Source: Meiothermus sp. (GTDB taxonomy: Bacteria > Deinococcota > Deinococci > Deinococcales > Thermaceae). Taken from it: a DNA stretch of 64,000 nucleotides. Both the position numbers and the translations under genes were made by a program. How positions within the stretch are numbered: position 1 is the stretch's first letter; the number at the start of each line of letters is the position of its first letter. The stretch is from NCBI GenBank assembly GCA_033762915.1, contig JANRLD010000054.1, positions 35,708-99,707 on the forward strand, read 5' to 3'. The notes under the pieces are model-generated. The model saw only the letters and a program-made list of their open reading frames with translations, searched no databases and had not been told where the DNA came from. Of the stretch, positions 48,152 through 57,822 are shown piece after piece.

Positions 48152-48262
48152 AGCCGCGGCCGCCGGAGAGTGGGCCTGGGCACACCGCCGCCCGCCCGCG
48201 TCTACCCGCCCGGTCTCGCGGTTTCATTCCCACTTCACCACGTTCGGAAGACGTTCAAGATC

Positions 48263-48439
48263 ATGAAAACAACCCAGTGGATCGGAATCGCTGTGACCGT
48301 GGCGGGCCTGGTGTTGCTGGCAATGGCGATGGCGCGACACCCCCACGACTTCCGCACTCTGGTGGCCTCCTGCATGGTGGTGGCGATCGGCAGCATCGCG
48401 GCCCGGGGCTTTCGCAGACCCCGACAGATGGGGCGGTGA
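48263..48439 (+). CDS. small two-TM membrane protein
   Basis: 58 aa with two hydrophobic helices. Confidence 0.5.
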   Translation: MKTTQWIGIAVTVAGLVLLAMAMARHPHDFRTLVASCMVVAIGSIAARGFRRPRQMGR

Positions 48440-48496
48440 GATAAGGGACGGCAGTCCCCGCGGTCGCGGCTCGAGCACCTGCCGCTGGGCCGCCAA

Positions 48497-48538
48497 TACC
48501 CGCCCCCGTCCCTCCGCGCGGAGGGACGGGGGCGGGTA
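48497..48538. terminator. perfect 42-bp palindrome between convergent genes
   Basis: TACCCGCCCCCGTCCCTCCGC|GCGGAGGGACGGGGGCGGGTA. Confidence 0.7.
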
Positions 48539-48556
48539 AACCTGTCGTGTCAACCC

Positions 48557-49018
48557 CTACTGCCGCCGGTAGCTCCCCTCGATCAGTTGCACCCAGTGCT
48601 CGCCGTCGCGCGACATGAACATGCGAAACACGTAGCGGTCCTCGGCCGCGAAGGTGTAGCTGAACCGCAAACGGCCCATGGGAGTGGCCTGCTCCAAGGT
48701 GAGGTTTTCGCCCTCCCAGCGACCCCTGGCGGGTTGCGCCGGGTTCTGGCCCGTGGAGTCGAAGAGGTGAAAGGTGTAGACCCCCTCGGCCGGGTCGAAG
48801 CCGAAGACCTTGTGGGCCAGGTAGTCGGGCTGGCCGGGGCGTTTCTGTACGTCGTCGCCGATCACAAACCGGCCGTCGAGGGAGAGCGCACCCGTGTAGG
48901 TGGTCACGCCCGAGCCGCCGTGCGGGGCCCACGGGGCGGGGAAGATGGTGTCCTCGCCGATCCAGGTGCCCACGAAGGCCGAGAGTTTTTCCTGGGGGTT
49001 GTCCTGAGCTTGACTCAT
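48557..49018 (-). CDS. DUF1579-like beta-barrel protein
   Basis: LSAFVGTWIGE, LDGRF, FGFDP..Y..FDS, EGSYRR; AAGGAG RBS. Confidence 0.75.
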   Translation of the reverse strand: MSQAQDNPQEKLSAFVGTWIGEDTIFPAPWAPHGGSGVTTYTGALSLDGRFVIGDDVQKRPGQPDYLAHKVFGFDPAEGVYTFHLFDSTGQNPAQPARGRWEGENLTLEQATPMGRLRFSYTFAAEDRYVFRMFMSRDGEHWVQLIEGSYRRQ

Positions 49019-49214
49019 TGGGGTCTCCTTGTGTTGCGGTGTCGCGCCGAGGGGCTTTGCGCCCTGCGGCCCCGGTGCAAGGGGCGTGCCGCGCCCGCCC
49101 TCGGTCCGTCCCTCGCACTTCTCGGGAGCCCGGCGTCTTCCGGCCCTCGAGGGCGGCCCAGCTTCGAACGGGTGTCGGGCCGTGCTGGCGTCGGCAGTAA
49201 GAGGTTTCAATCCT

Positions 49215-49696
49215 CTACTTCAGAGGTCCGGGCAGCCCCTTGAGGACCCCGGGCATCCCCAGAGCGCGGCGCAGCATGGCCAGCTGACCGACGTGGTAGG
49301 CCTCGTGGGTGGCCAGGAAGGCTAGCACGCTGCCCAGCGGGCCGAACGGGGTCTGACGCTCTAGGTCGTCCGCGCTCAAGCCGGTCAGCAGGCCCATCAG
49401 CGCTTCCTGGCTGCGGCCCAGGTCGGCCAGCAGCGAGTTCCAGTCGCCTGCCTCGCCGGGTTGCAGCGGGGTGGGGCTCTGGACCCAGCGCTCGAGGTCG
49501 CCCTGGTCCCACAAGGGCGCATCCCGGCCACGACCAGCGGCATCTGCCACGCGGCGGTGATGTGGCGCACCAGCCAGGTCGCGCTGTTGCCGCCGAGCGG
49601 TGGGGTGAGGAGGGCCGAGGCCGGTTCGAAGCCCGTGAGGTTCTGCTGTAGGAGGCCGAAGGAGATTCCGAACTGGGTCTGTAGGTGGGTGGTCAT
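49215..49696 (-). pseudogene. DinB family protein split by a frameshift
   Basis: N-half (GGNSATWLVRHI) in one frame and C-half (FLATHEAYHVGQL) in another; shift near 49520-49550. Confidence 0.8.
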
Positions 49697-49891
49697 GGTC
49701 GTTTCCTCTGGGTCTGGTGGCGCGTCTTTGCGCCGGAGATTCGTGGCTACTGTGGGCCTTAGGTCGATCCGCCAGGGTCCTGGCGATGGCCGAGCTGCCA
49801 TCGGTCGGCCCACGCAAGCGATTGGCCGGCCGAGCCCCGTCGATCGGTAGGTGTTCCCGTTTTGATGCGGTGTTCCCCCGGATCTGTCTAC

Positions 49892-50836
49892 TCACCGCCC
49901 CAGCCAGACCGAGGGGGTGGCACTGCCGCCCGCGCCCACGTCGGCCGCGGCGAAGCGGAGCACGGTGTTGCTGACGTAGCCTGAGACCCACAACCCGCCG
50001 TCGGGGGTCAGGAGTACCACGTTGGGGCTGGCCAGGGCGCCGGCGGGGTTGGCGCTGAGGGTTTTGTCGGGGCTGGGGCTGCCGGATCGCTCGAGCTGGC
50101 CGGCGGCGAAATAGACCAGGTTTCCGCCGTTGGCGTTGGGGACCCAGACACCGCCCGAGGCGTCGAAGGCGATCTCGGTGGGGCCGTTGAGGCCGGCGGA
50201 GCGGAGGGTCACCCGCGGCGTGGGCGAGCCGCTCCGGCCCAGCTGCTCGGGGGCGAAGGCCACCAGACTGTTGCCCGAGTAGTTGGCCACCCACAGCCTG
50301 CCCTGGCGGTCGAGGCTCAGCGAGGCCGGCCCGTCGAGGCTGCCCTGGCCGGCTTGCAGCAGCACGCTGGGGGTCTGCTGGCCCGCCGCCGCGACCTGGG
50401 CCGCCGAGAAGTAGCTGAGCGTGTTGTTGCCGTTGTCGCTGACCCACAACCCGCCGCTGGCGTCGAAGAGCAGGTCGTTGGGGTTCTTGAAGCCGGCGGT
50501 GAGGACTCGAGCGGGTACGGGCGCCCCGCTGGCGCTGAGCTGTGGGGGGGTGTACATGATCACCGTGGCGTTGCTGAAGTTGGCGGCCCAGAGGTTGCCC
50601 TGGGGGTCAAAGACCAGGGCGGGCGCGTCGCCCAGCGCCCCGCTCGAGCGGATCACCACGCTGGGCTTGAGGTCGCCCTTGCCCAGCTGTTCGGGGGTGA
50701 ATCTGTGGAGCTCCCTGCTGGCGACGTTGGCCACCCACAGCTCGCCCGCGGGGCCGAGGGCCAGCCCCACCGGGCCGTTGAACTGCGCGAGGCCGACCCC
50801 CAGCGCCACCAGGCTCAACATCATGGGCTTGAACAT
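49892..50836 (-). CDS. secreted NHL/Vgb-like beta-propeller repeat protein
   Basis: Signal peptide; about six repeats of PxxLxFDxxGxLWVxN. Confidence 0.85.
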   Translation of the reverse strand: MFKPMMLSLVALGVGLAQFNGPVGLALGPAGELWVANVASRELHRFTPEQLGKGDLKPSVVIRSSGALGDAPALVFDPQGNLWAANFSNATVIMYTPPQLSASGAPVPARVLTAGFKNPNDLLFDASGGLWVSDNGNNTLSYFSAAQVAAAGQQTPSVLLQAGQGSLDGPASLSLDRQGRLWVANYSGNSLVAFAPEQLGRSGSPTPRVTLRSAGLNGPTEIAFDASGGVWVPNANGGNLVYFAAGQLERSGSPSPDKTLSANPAGALASPNVVLLTPDGGLWVSGYVSNTVLRFAAADVGAGGSATPSVWLGR

Positions 50837-50866
50837 GTCACGACTTTAGGCAAGACTCTTTTTCAA

Positions 50867-51532
50867 ATGACAGCCGAATTCCTGAAAAGCACCCCAACCA
50901 TCGAGGACCCTGCGGCGGCCGCTTTCCTGATGAACCCCGGTCTGTTCCGCTTCTTTCAGCCCTTCTTCACCACCGAACGCACCCTCACCCAGGCCGCCCG
51001 CCTGCTCGAGGTCAAGCCCAACGTGCTGTTCTACCGCCTTAAGCAGATGCTGGCCCTGGGGATCGTCGAGGTGGTCCGCACCCAGCGCCGCGGGGGCCGG
51101 GCCATGCCCCTGTACCGCTCGAGTTTCAGCTCCTGTTTCATCCCGCTGCGGGCCACCCCTTACGCCGACCTGTTCAGCCTGATGCGCACCAACGACGATC
51201 TGCTCAACCAGCATCTGGTGCGGGGCCTGGCCCGGGTGTGGGATGGTCAGGCCGGCTCGTGGGGTTGGCACTGCCGCATAGACGAGTTCGGCCTGCTGCA
51301 GGCCAGAGAGGCCAACGAGGAGAAAGACTGGGACCCGCTGGTCGACTCCCTCCCAGCCACGCTCCACCACTGGGGCTTCCTGGCCCTCACCGACCCCCAG
51401 GCCAAGGCCATGCAGCGCGAACTCGACGAGGTGGTGCGGCGCTACTCGAGGCTCTCCTCGGTCAGAGGCGCGGCCAGGCGCAGGCTGCACGTCATCCGCG
51501 TGGGGATGGCCCCGATGGTCCGGCCTGCCTGA
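50867..51532 (+). CDS. HTH (ArsR-like) putative transcriptional regulator
   Basis: TLTQAARLLEVKPNVLFYRLKQMLALGIVEV..RRGGR HTH-wing; divergent from the propeller gene with a 30-bp gap. Confidence 0.75.
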   Translation: MTAEFLKSTPTIEDPAAAAFLMNPGLFRFFQPFFTTERTLTQAARLLEVKPNVLFYRLKQMLALGIVEVVRTQRRGGRAMPLYRSSFSSCFIPLRATPYADLFSLMRTNDDLLNQHLVRGLARVWDGQAGSWGWHCRIDEFGLLQAREANEEKDWDPLVDSLPATLHHWGFLALTDPQAKAMQRELDEVVRRYSRLSSVRGAARRRLHVIRVGMAPMVRPA

Positions 51533-51676
51533 GTCCGGACTCGAGCCCGGCGGGCGGTGCGGCGGAGGGTTCTGCGGCGGGACGGTCTCGGGCCTCGGCG
51601 CGGGGTCTGTGAACCAGATGTTCATGGCTTGACCTCGTTGGACGACGGGCGTGGGCCGGCTCGTTATCCGGCGGTG

Positions 51677-51702
51677 CGGGGGCGCGTCTCGACGCGCCCC
51701 CG
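51677..51702. terminator. GC hairpin between convergent genes
   Basis: CGGGGGCGCGTC-TC-GACGCGCCCCCG. Confidence 0.6.
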
Positions 51703-51718
51703 ACTCGCTCGGAGAAGG

Positions 51719-52339
51719 TTACTTGCGCACCAGCGGGAAGTCGAAGAGCTGGGTGGGGCGGTTGGCCTCGAGGTTCATCGCGTCCCTGCGCAGGCCGGTG
51801 TAGAGCTTGCCGTCCTTGAGGGCCAGCAGGTCGAACTCCTGGCCGTAGTCCTTGACCGAGGGGACCCCCAGCGGGAGGCAGCCGGTCGCGCTGACGTCCT
51901 GTGGGGTGCCGGGCGCGTTCTTGCCCTCGCCGCACTTGGCGCCGTCCATGGTGGCCACGATCGGCGGCATGAAGGGGGTTATCAGCTTGCGGGTCTGGCC
52001 CCAGGTGACCTTGCGGGCCCCGGCCGGGGCCCCGGCCTCGCCCAGGGTGAAGGGGCCGGAGAGCTGGGTGGTGAGCAGCGGGGCCCTGCAGGCGGGGTCC
52101 ACAAACAGCTCGAGCTTGAGCGACCAACTGGCCTCGGTGAAGTTGAAGGTACGCTTCATGAAGGTGGGCTGGGGGCCGCCCAGCGGCTCGCACCCGGCGC
52201 TGGCCCAGGTGCCCACCAGGTCCTTGGGGGTGAAGTTCTGGGCCTGCGAGCGGGTCACCACCGACACGGCGGCCAGCGCGGCGATCACCATGAGGGCGCC
52301 GGAAATCACGCGGCGGGGTCTGGGGCTGATCTTGTTCAT
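51719..52339 (-). CDS. secreted APCDD1-domain-like protein
   Basis: Signal peptide; GTWASAGCE, FMKRTFNF, DPACRAP, QDVSATGCLPLG, LYTG, RPTQL..PL follow the APCDD1 domain pattern; AAGGAG RBS. Confidence 0.7.
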   Translation of the reverse strand: MNKISPRPRRVISGALMVIAALAAVSVVTRSQAQNFTPKDLVGTWASAGCEPLGGPQPTFMKRTFNFTEASWSLKLELFVDPACRAPLLTTQLSGPFTLGEAGAPAGARKVTWGQTRKLITPFMPPIVATMDGAKCGEGKNAPGTPQDVSATGCLPLGVPSVKDYGQEFDLLALKDGKLYTGLRRDAMNLEANRPTQLFDFPLVRK

Positions 52340-52450
52340 GAGGGTCTCCTTTGGGCAATAGGGCACCCCGCAGCGCTCGGCGCTACGCTCCCTCGCTGCG
52401 GGGCTGGGGGTTGGGCGGGCCGTGCCCGCCACGACTTGTCGGTTGGCCGT

Positions 52451-52846
52451 TTACCGGGGCGCGGGCTGGAGCAGGTCCAGCACGTTACCGTAGGGGTCGC
52501 GGAAGAGGAAGTGGCGGCCCCAGGGCAGGTTTTCCGGATCGCCGAGCACCTCGACGCCCCTGGCCTTGAGATCGGCGTGGTCGCGGTCGACGTCCTCGGT
52601 GGTCAGGACGAACAGCACGTGGTCGCCAGCCTGCCGGCCAACCGCCTGCTGCTTGGCTGGGCTATCCGCCTGGACCAGCGAGAATTCGGGGCCTGCGCTG
52701 CCCTTGGGGGCCACCGTCACCCAGCGCTCCTTGGGGCCAAAGGGGACGTCGAGGCGCACCTCGAGGCCCAGCTTCTCCTGATAGAACTCGATCGCCTCGT
52801 CCTGATTGCCGACCAGCACCGTTATGTACGCCGTCCCGTTAACCAT
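52451..52846 (-). CDS. VOC/glyoxalase family protein
   Basis: ITVLVGNQDEAIEFY..KLG, RWVTV, PWGRHFLFRDPYGN; second in-frame start at 52927. Confidence 0.92.
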   Translation of the reverse strand: MVNGTAYITVLVGNQDEAIEFYQEKLGLEVRLDVPFGPKERWVTVAPKGSAGPEFSLVQADSPAKQQAVGRQAGDHVLFVLTTEDVDRDHADLKARGVEVLGDPENLPWGRHFLFRDPYGNVLDLLQPAPR

Positions 52847-52999
52847 GGTTTCCTCCCCTGCCTTCTGCGCTAGAGTCTGCTTGCCGAACCGCTCCCGGAC
52901 CTTCTTGATCAGCGGATTGGGTTTCACCGTTCCCCCTCCTGCATAACAGGTTAGGGTCTCGGAAAAAATCCCGCTTCTCCGAAATTGATAAATTCGGCA

Positions 53000-53027
53000 G
53001 AGGGCGGAGGGCGGAGGGCGGAGGGCA
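53000..53027 (+). repeat. heptamer tandem repeat (GAGGGCG)x4
   Basis: GAGGGCG GAGGGCG GAGGGCG GAGGGCA. Confidence 0.85.
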
Positions 53028-53087
53028 GAAGTTTTTGGGGGAGGCCCATGGATACCTTTACCCCGAGCTACTCCGGTTTGCCGCCCT

Positions 53088-53981
53088 CTAACCGCCGGCC
53101 CGGTAGCTCGAGGGCGAGACCCCGAACTTCTCCTTGAAGCTGCGGCTGAAGCTGCCCAGGCTCTCGAAGCCCAGGTCGAAGCAGACGTCGGTCACGTCGG
53201 CCCCGGTGGTGCGGAGCAGGTGGGCGGCGTGGCGCAGGCGACGCTGCACCAGGTACTGGTAGGGCGGCAGACCGAACTGGGCCTTGAACAGCCGCAGGAA
53301 GTGGTGCGGCGAGAGCTCGACCAGCCCTGCCAGGGTGTCGAGGTCGGGGCGCTCGAGGAAGCTGGACTCCATGTAGTCCCGCGCCAGGTGCAGGCGGCGG
53401 TACAGCTCCTCGCGGGTGCTCCGCCGGGCCGCCGGGAGCCGCTCGATCTCGGCGTCGAGGCCCCGGTGCAGCCGCAGCAGCAGTTCCAGCACGGGGTGCA
53501 GGGCCTGATCCAGGGCGTCCTGCGAGGTGTGGCCTAGGGTGAAGGCCCGCAACAGGCCCAGGAAGACCTGGAGCTTGGGGTCGCGGGGGTAGGTGCGCTC
53601 GTAGAAGCGAACCGGCCGGCGGCGCTCGGGGTGCTCGAGCTGCTCCTCGTCGGGGCTGGCGGCGGCGGTGTAGACGTCGGCGGCCAGCCCGGTGCGGAAG
53701 CGGACCGACAGCACCTCGCCCTCGCCCTCGAGGCCGTGGGCGTGGCGGACGCCGTCGTTCAAGAGCAGGTAACGTTCGGGGGTCACGGCGAAGCGGGCCA
53801 GGCCGACCCGGTGGGTCTCGAGGCCTGCGACTGCGGTGAACAGCCCGGCGGAGGTAGCGTGCTCGGGCACCGACTCGTCCCGCCCCCTGGCATGGAGGAT
53901 CACGTTGGGCCAGCCTGCGGAGTGCGGGGCATTGGGGCTGTGGCCGACCCGGGAAACCTGGGCGTACTCGGTGAGCAGCAT
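53088..53981 (-). CDS. AraC family transcriptional regulator
   Basis: LSPHHFLRLFK..FG..PYQY, VTDVCFDLGFESLGSFSRSFK..GVSPSSYR. Confidence 0.95.
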   Translation of the reverse strand: MLLTEYAQVSRVGHSPNAPHSAGWPNVILHARGRDESVPEHATSAGLFTAVAGLETHRVGLARFAVTPERYLLLNDGVRHAHGLEGEGEVLSVRFRTGLAADVYTAAASPDEEQLEHPERRRPVRFYERTYPRDPKLQVFLGLLRAFTLGHTSQDALDQALHPVLELLLRLHRGLDAEIERLPAARRSTREELYRRLHLARDYMESSFLERPDLDTLAGLVELSPHHFLRLFKAQFGLPPYQYLVQRRLRHAAHLLRTTGADVTDVCFDLGFESLGSFSRSFKEKFGVSPSSYRAGG

Positions 53982-53995
53982 GGACTGAATCCAGT

Positions 53996-54270
53996 CTACC
54001 CGATTCTGCGGGCCTGCGGTCCGACCAGTCGGTCGCGCAGCTTGCCGATGTTCTCCTTCGACAGTCCGAGCCCCTCGAGGTATCCGGCAAGGCCGCCGCG
54101 GGCGGACTCAAGGTACTCCAGCGTGTCGCGCATGAACTCCGGCTCGGAGAGCAGCAGCTTCCGGTACTGCTCCAGATCGTGGCCCTTGGTCTCGAGAAGG
54201 GCGATGAGGAGCCGGGCGTACTCGCCGGTCAGGGAGTAGTCGGCGACTGTGGTCTCGAGTCCCCCCATTT
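53996..54270 (-). pseudogene. C-terminal remnant of a tyrosine-phosphatase-like (PtpB/Y_phosphatase3) gene
   Basis: VADYSLT...EFMRDTLEYLE..GGLAGYL..LGL...KLRDRL; no CxxGKDRTG catalytic loop upstream. Confidence 0.6.
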
Positions 54271-54510
54271 CACCCCTAGCCGCAATCACTCCAAACGACG
54301 TAACATCAAGGCTGCTTTCGGAGTGCACTTGCACCGCACCCGGACGGCGTTTCGGCCACCTTTTGAGGAGCCATGATTGAAGCCAAAAACCCCGCGTTCT
54401 CGAGGCGCATTTCCCCCCTCAGTTTAGCCGCCCTCCTACTCCTTCTCAGCGCCTTCTCCGAGCCGGACTCTTCCCTTCACCCGGGAAGCTCCCACAGTAC
54501 CGACGATGCG

Positions 54511-55650
54511 CTAAAGCGGCAACCAGACCTCGAGTAGGGCCCCGCCCTGCGGGGTATTGCGGGCTGCGACCCGCCCGCCGTGGAGATGCACGAGGGCCCG
54601 CACGATCGCCAGCCCCAGACCGCTGCCGCCCCCCTCCCGGCCGCGCGACTTCTCCGAGCGGTAGAAGCGCTCGAAGACGTGCGGTAGGTCGGCCTCAGGG
54701 ATGCCTGGGCCGCTGTCGCGGACGGTGAGTAGCGCACCGTCGGAGCTTCGGGCCAGGCTCAGGCTGATTGCGCCGCCCGGCGGGGTGTGGCGCAAGGCGT
54801 TCTCGAGCAAGTTCCCCACCACCTGGAAGAAGCGCTCGCGGTCGAGGCTGACCGGGAGCGGAACAGAGGAGGACTCGAGGCTTAGCCCCACCCCTTTGGC
54901 CACCGCGCGGGTCTGGAAGCTGATAACCACCTCCCCTACCGTCAGGGCCAGGTCGGCCGGCTCTTTGTGCAGGCTCAGCTTGCCCGCCTCGGCCAGGCTG
55001 AGGGTCCGGAGGTCGTTGACCAGCCGGGTCAGCACGTCGATCTGCCCTAGCATCCCGTCCAGCTCAGCCTCGGAGGGCTCGGTGACGCCGTAGCGGATGC
55101 CCTCGAGCTTGCCCCGCAGCACCGTCAGCGGCGTGCGCAGCTCGTGGGCGATGGCGGCGGAGGTGAAGCGGCGCTCGGCATCGAGGCGCTCGAGGCTCTC
55201 GGCCATGAGGTTAAAGTTCTGGGCCAGCACAGTGGTCTCGTCCACCCGCTCCGACTGGGGCAGCTCCACCCGGGCGCTGAAGTCGCCCTGGGCGACCCGC
55301 CCGGCGGTGGTAGTGATCAGCTTGAGTGGCCCGGAGATGCGCCGCGCCACCCAGAAGGCCAGCGCCACCCCGGTCAGGCAGGCCACCGCCAGAATGATCA
55401 CGATAATCAAGGTGTCGTTGGCGGGCAGCCAGCCGGTGCGGAGCGCGGACTGGTGGTAGAGTTCGAACTGCTCGTCCAGCAACTTCTTGAGCCGCTCTTG
55501 TTGGGGGGGTGGCAAGGTGCGCTCGACCGCCGTTTGCCAGCCCAAGTAGAGCAGGATGGCGAACACCAGGATGAACACCGCCAGCCCGATCATGGTCAGC
55601 GAGATGCGCGCCCCAATGCTGTAGGTGATCTTGCTCAGACGCCCACCCAT
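54511..55650 (-). CDS. sensor histidine kinase (HAMP-HisKA-HATPase, BaeS-like)
   Basis: AIAHELRTPL, NLLENALRH, DSGPG, FERFYR, GSGLGL. Confidence 0.95.
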   Translation of the reverse strand: MGGRLSKITYSIGARISLTMIGLAVFILVFAILLYLGWQTAVERTLPPPQQERLKKLLDEQFELYHQSALRTGWLPANDTLIIVIILAVACLTGVALAFWVARRISGPLKLITTTAGRVAQGDFSARVELPQSERVDETTVLAQNFNLMAESLERLDAERRFTSAAIAHELRTPLTVLRGKLEGIRYGVTEPSEAELDGMLGQIDVLTRLVNDLRTLSLAEAGKLSLHKEPADLALTVGEVVISFQTRAVAKGVGLSLESSSVPLPVSLDRERFFQVVGNLLENALRHTPPGGAISLSLARSSDGALLTVRDSGPGIPEADLPHVFERFYRSEKSRGREGGGSGLGLAIVRALVHLHGGRVAARNTPQGGALLEVWLPL

Positions 55651-56330
55651 AGCCGGTATCCCACCCCCCGAACGCTCTCCAACAGCCCTTCCACTCCGGC
55701 CCGCTCGAGCTTGCGCCGCAAACTCTGCAAGTGCACGTCCACCGAGCGCTCGAGGGCGTCTGATTCGGGCATGACCCGTTCCAAGATTTCCGGGCGGCTG
55801 AAGGTGCGGTTGGGGTGGCGGGCCAGGTGCTCGAGGATGCGGAACTCGGTCAGGGTCAGGTCGAGGCGCTGGCCCCGCGCCAGCACCACCATCGCCTGGG
55901 GGTCTATCTCGAGGCCGGCAAGCCGCAGCGGACCGCCGGGGCCGGCCCCGGCCACGCGGCGCAGCACTGCCTTGACCCTCGCCACCACCTCGAGGGGGCT
56001 GAAGGGCTTGACTACGTAGTCGTCGGCCCCCATGCGCAGGCCCAGCAACTTGTCGAGGTCTTCGGCCATCGCGGTCACCATGATGACCGGCGTGGTGGAG
56101 GTCTCGCGGATTCTCTTCAGGACCTCGAAGCCGTCCATACCCGGCATCTGCACGTCCAGCAGCACCAGGTCGGGCTTGGCGAGGCGGTGCAGGGTCAGAC
56201 CCACCTCGCCGTCCCTGGCCCGCTCGGTGCGGAAGCCCTCGCGGCGCAGGAAGCCCTCGAGGATCTCGGCGATCTGCGGGTCGTCCTCGATGACCAGGAT
56301 TAAGCCTTCGGCGGGTCCAACGGTCGGCAT
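55635..56330 (-). CDS. OmpR-family response regulator
   Basis: VIEDD, LLDVQMPG, GADDYVVKPF, RSVDVH, GVGYR. Confidence 0.96.
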   Translation of the reverse strand: MPTVGPAEGLILVIEDDPQIAEILEGFLRREGFRTERARDGEVGLTLHRLAKPDLVLLDVQMPGMDGFEVLKRIRETSTTPVIMVTAMAEDLDKLLGLRMGADDYVVKPFSPLEVVARVKAVLRRVAGAGPGGPLRLAGLEIDPQAMVVLARGQRLDLTLTEFRILEHLARHPNRTFSRPEILERVMPESDALERSVDVHLQSLRRKLERAGVEGLLESVRGVGYRLWVGV

Positions 56331-56364
56331 GGCGTTAACCTACGCTCCCACACCCAGTCTAAAC

Positions 56365-56421
56365 CGAGGGTTCGGCGAGCGTTTAACGAGTGCGCGTGAC
56401 TCGCCGAACCCTCGCAAACCC
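56365..56421. promoter_or_regulatory. 15-bp perfect inverted repeat in divergent promoter region
   Basis: CGAGGGTTCGGCGAG (56365-56379) / CTCGCCGAACCCTCG (56400-56414); CTCGC recurs with 11-bp period. Confidence 0.55.
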
Positions 56422-56460
56422 CTGGGCTTTCCTTGGGCCTGAATCCGCAGACTGACGGGC

Positions 56461-57822
56461 ATGAGGAGATGGATCGCAGTCATCCTGCTTGCTTCGCTGG
56501 GGCTGGCCCAGTCGCCGCCAGCCCTGAGTGTGGAGCAATCCCTGGCCCTGCTCCAACAGTCACCCAGTTGGCGGGCAGCCGACCTGGGCGTGCTGGGGGC
56601 CCAGCGCAACCTGAGCCTGGCACAGTCGGCCGCTGGACTGAACCTTCTGGCCGGGGCCGAGCAAACCCTGGGGCGCGACGCCACCAACGGCATCACCTTC
56701 CGCGGCAGCAACTTCTCGGCCACCCTGGCCACCAACGTTCTGCCCTGGTCGCCCGCTCAGGACAACATCCGGGCCGCCCAGCGGGCCCTGGACCGGGCGG
56801 TCTGGCAGCGTGACGAGACGCGGAACACGCTGGTGCTGGGCCTGGTGGAGCGCTACTTCGGGGTTCGCACCGCCCGGTTCGACCTGGCCCTCGCGGAGGG
56901 CGCTCGAGCCCTGGCCGAGCGGCGATTGCAGATCGTGAGCAGCCAGGCCACACTGGGCCAGGTCCGGCAAGACGCGATCCTGAACGCTCAGCTATCCCTG
57001 CAGGAAGCCCTGACGCGGGAGCGGCAGGCCAGGTCAGGACTCGAGATCACCCGTCGCGCTTTGGAGACGCTGCTGGGCCGCCCCCTTGGGGGCAACAACC
57101 TGTCCTCGCCGCCCCCACAGCCCAGTGCACCCGAGGCGCTCGAAACACTTCTCAGGCGCGCCCTCGAGCGCCGACCCGACATACTGAGGGCAGTCTCGAG
57201 CCTGCAAGACGCCCAGGACGGCCTTGACATCGCCCGACGCGACCGCTGGCTTCCCGAGGCCACGCTTCAAACCTTCTACGGCGAGTTCAGCTCGAGCGGC
57301 TCCCAAGCAGGCCCACAAGTCGCCGCCAACCTCAACTTCAAGAGCGGCGACCTGGCCCTGAGCGCCAGCACGCCGGCCTTCGCCGACCCCAACCCCAACG
57401 ACCCCAACAACCCCAGGGCCAACCGACTGGGCCTGCGCCTGAGCCTAAGCGTCCCCCTCGTCTTCCCCTCCAACGATGCCCGGACCCAGGCCGCGGGCGC
57501 GGGCCTCGAGGCCGCCCAGTCCGGGCTGGAGCTGGCCAGACTTCAGGCCGAGCTCGAGGTGCGCCAGCGCTTCGGTGAACTGAGCGATGCCGAGGCCCAA
57601 CGAGACCAGGTGAGCGCGGGCCTCGAGGCCGCCAGTGAGCGCCTGCGGGTGGCCCGGGCCCGGCTCGAGTCGGGACTGGGAACCAGAGTCGAGGTGGAGG
57701 CCGCAGAGCTGGGCGTCCATCAAGCCGAGCGCGAAGTCTTCGCCACCGCCGTCAGCATCTACCTCGCAGCGCTGAGGCTCGAGGTCGCCGCAGGAAACAA
57801 CATCCCAGGAGGAATCCAGTGA
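56461..57822 (+). CDS. TolC family outer-membrane efflux protein
   Basis: Signal peptide, amphipathic helical repeats (ALERRPDI, RLESGLG), upstream of MFP/RND. Confidence 0.85.
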   Translation: MRRWIAVILLASLGLAQSPPALSVEQSLALLQQSPSWRAADLGVLGAQRNLSLAQSAAGLNLLAGAEQTLGRDATNGITFRGSNFSATLATNVLPWSPAQDNIRAAQRALDRAVWQRDETRNTLVLGLVERYFGVRTARFDLALAEGARALAERRLQIVSSQATLGQVRQDAILNAQLSLQEALTRERQARSGLEITRRALETLLGRPLGGNNLSSPPPQPSAPEALETLLRRALERRPDILRAVSSLQDAQDGLDIARRDRWLPEATLQTFYGEFSSSGSQAGPQVAANLNFKSGDLALSASTPAFADPNPNDPNNPRANRLGLRLSLSVPLVFPSNDARTQAAGAGLEAAQSGLELARLQAELEVRQRFGELSDAEAQRDQVSAGLEAASERLRVARARLESGLGTRVEVEAAELGVHQAEREVFATAVSIYLAALRLEVAAGNNIPGGIQ

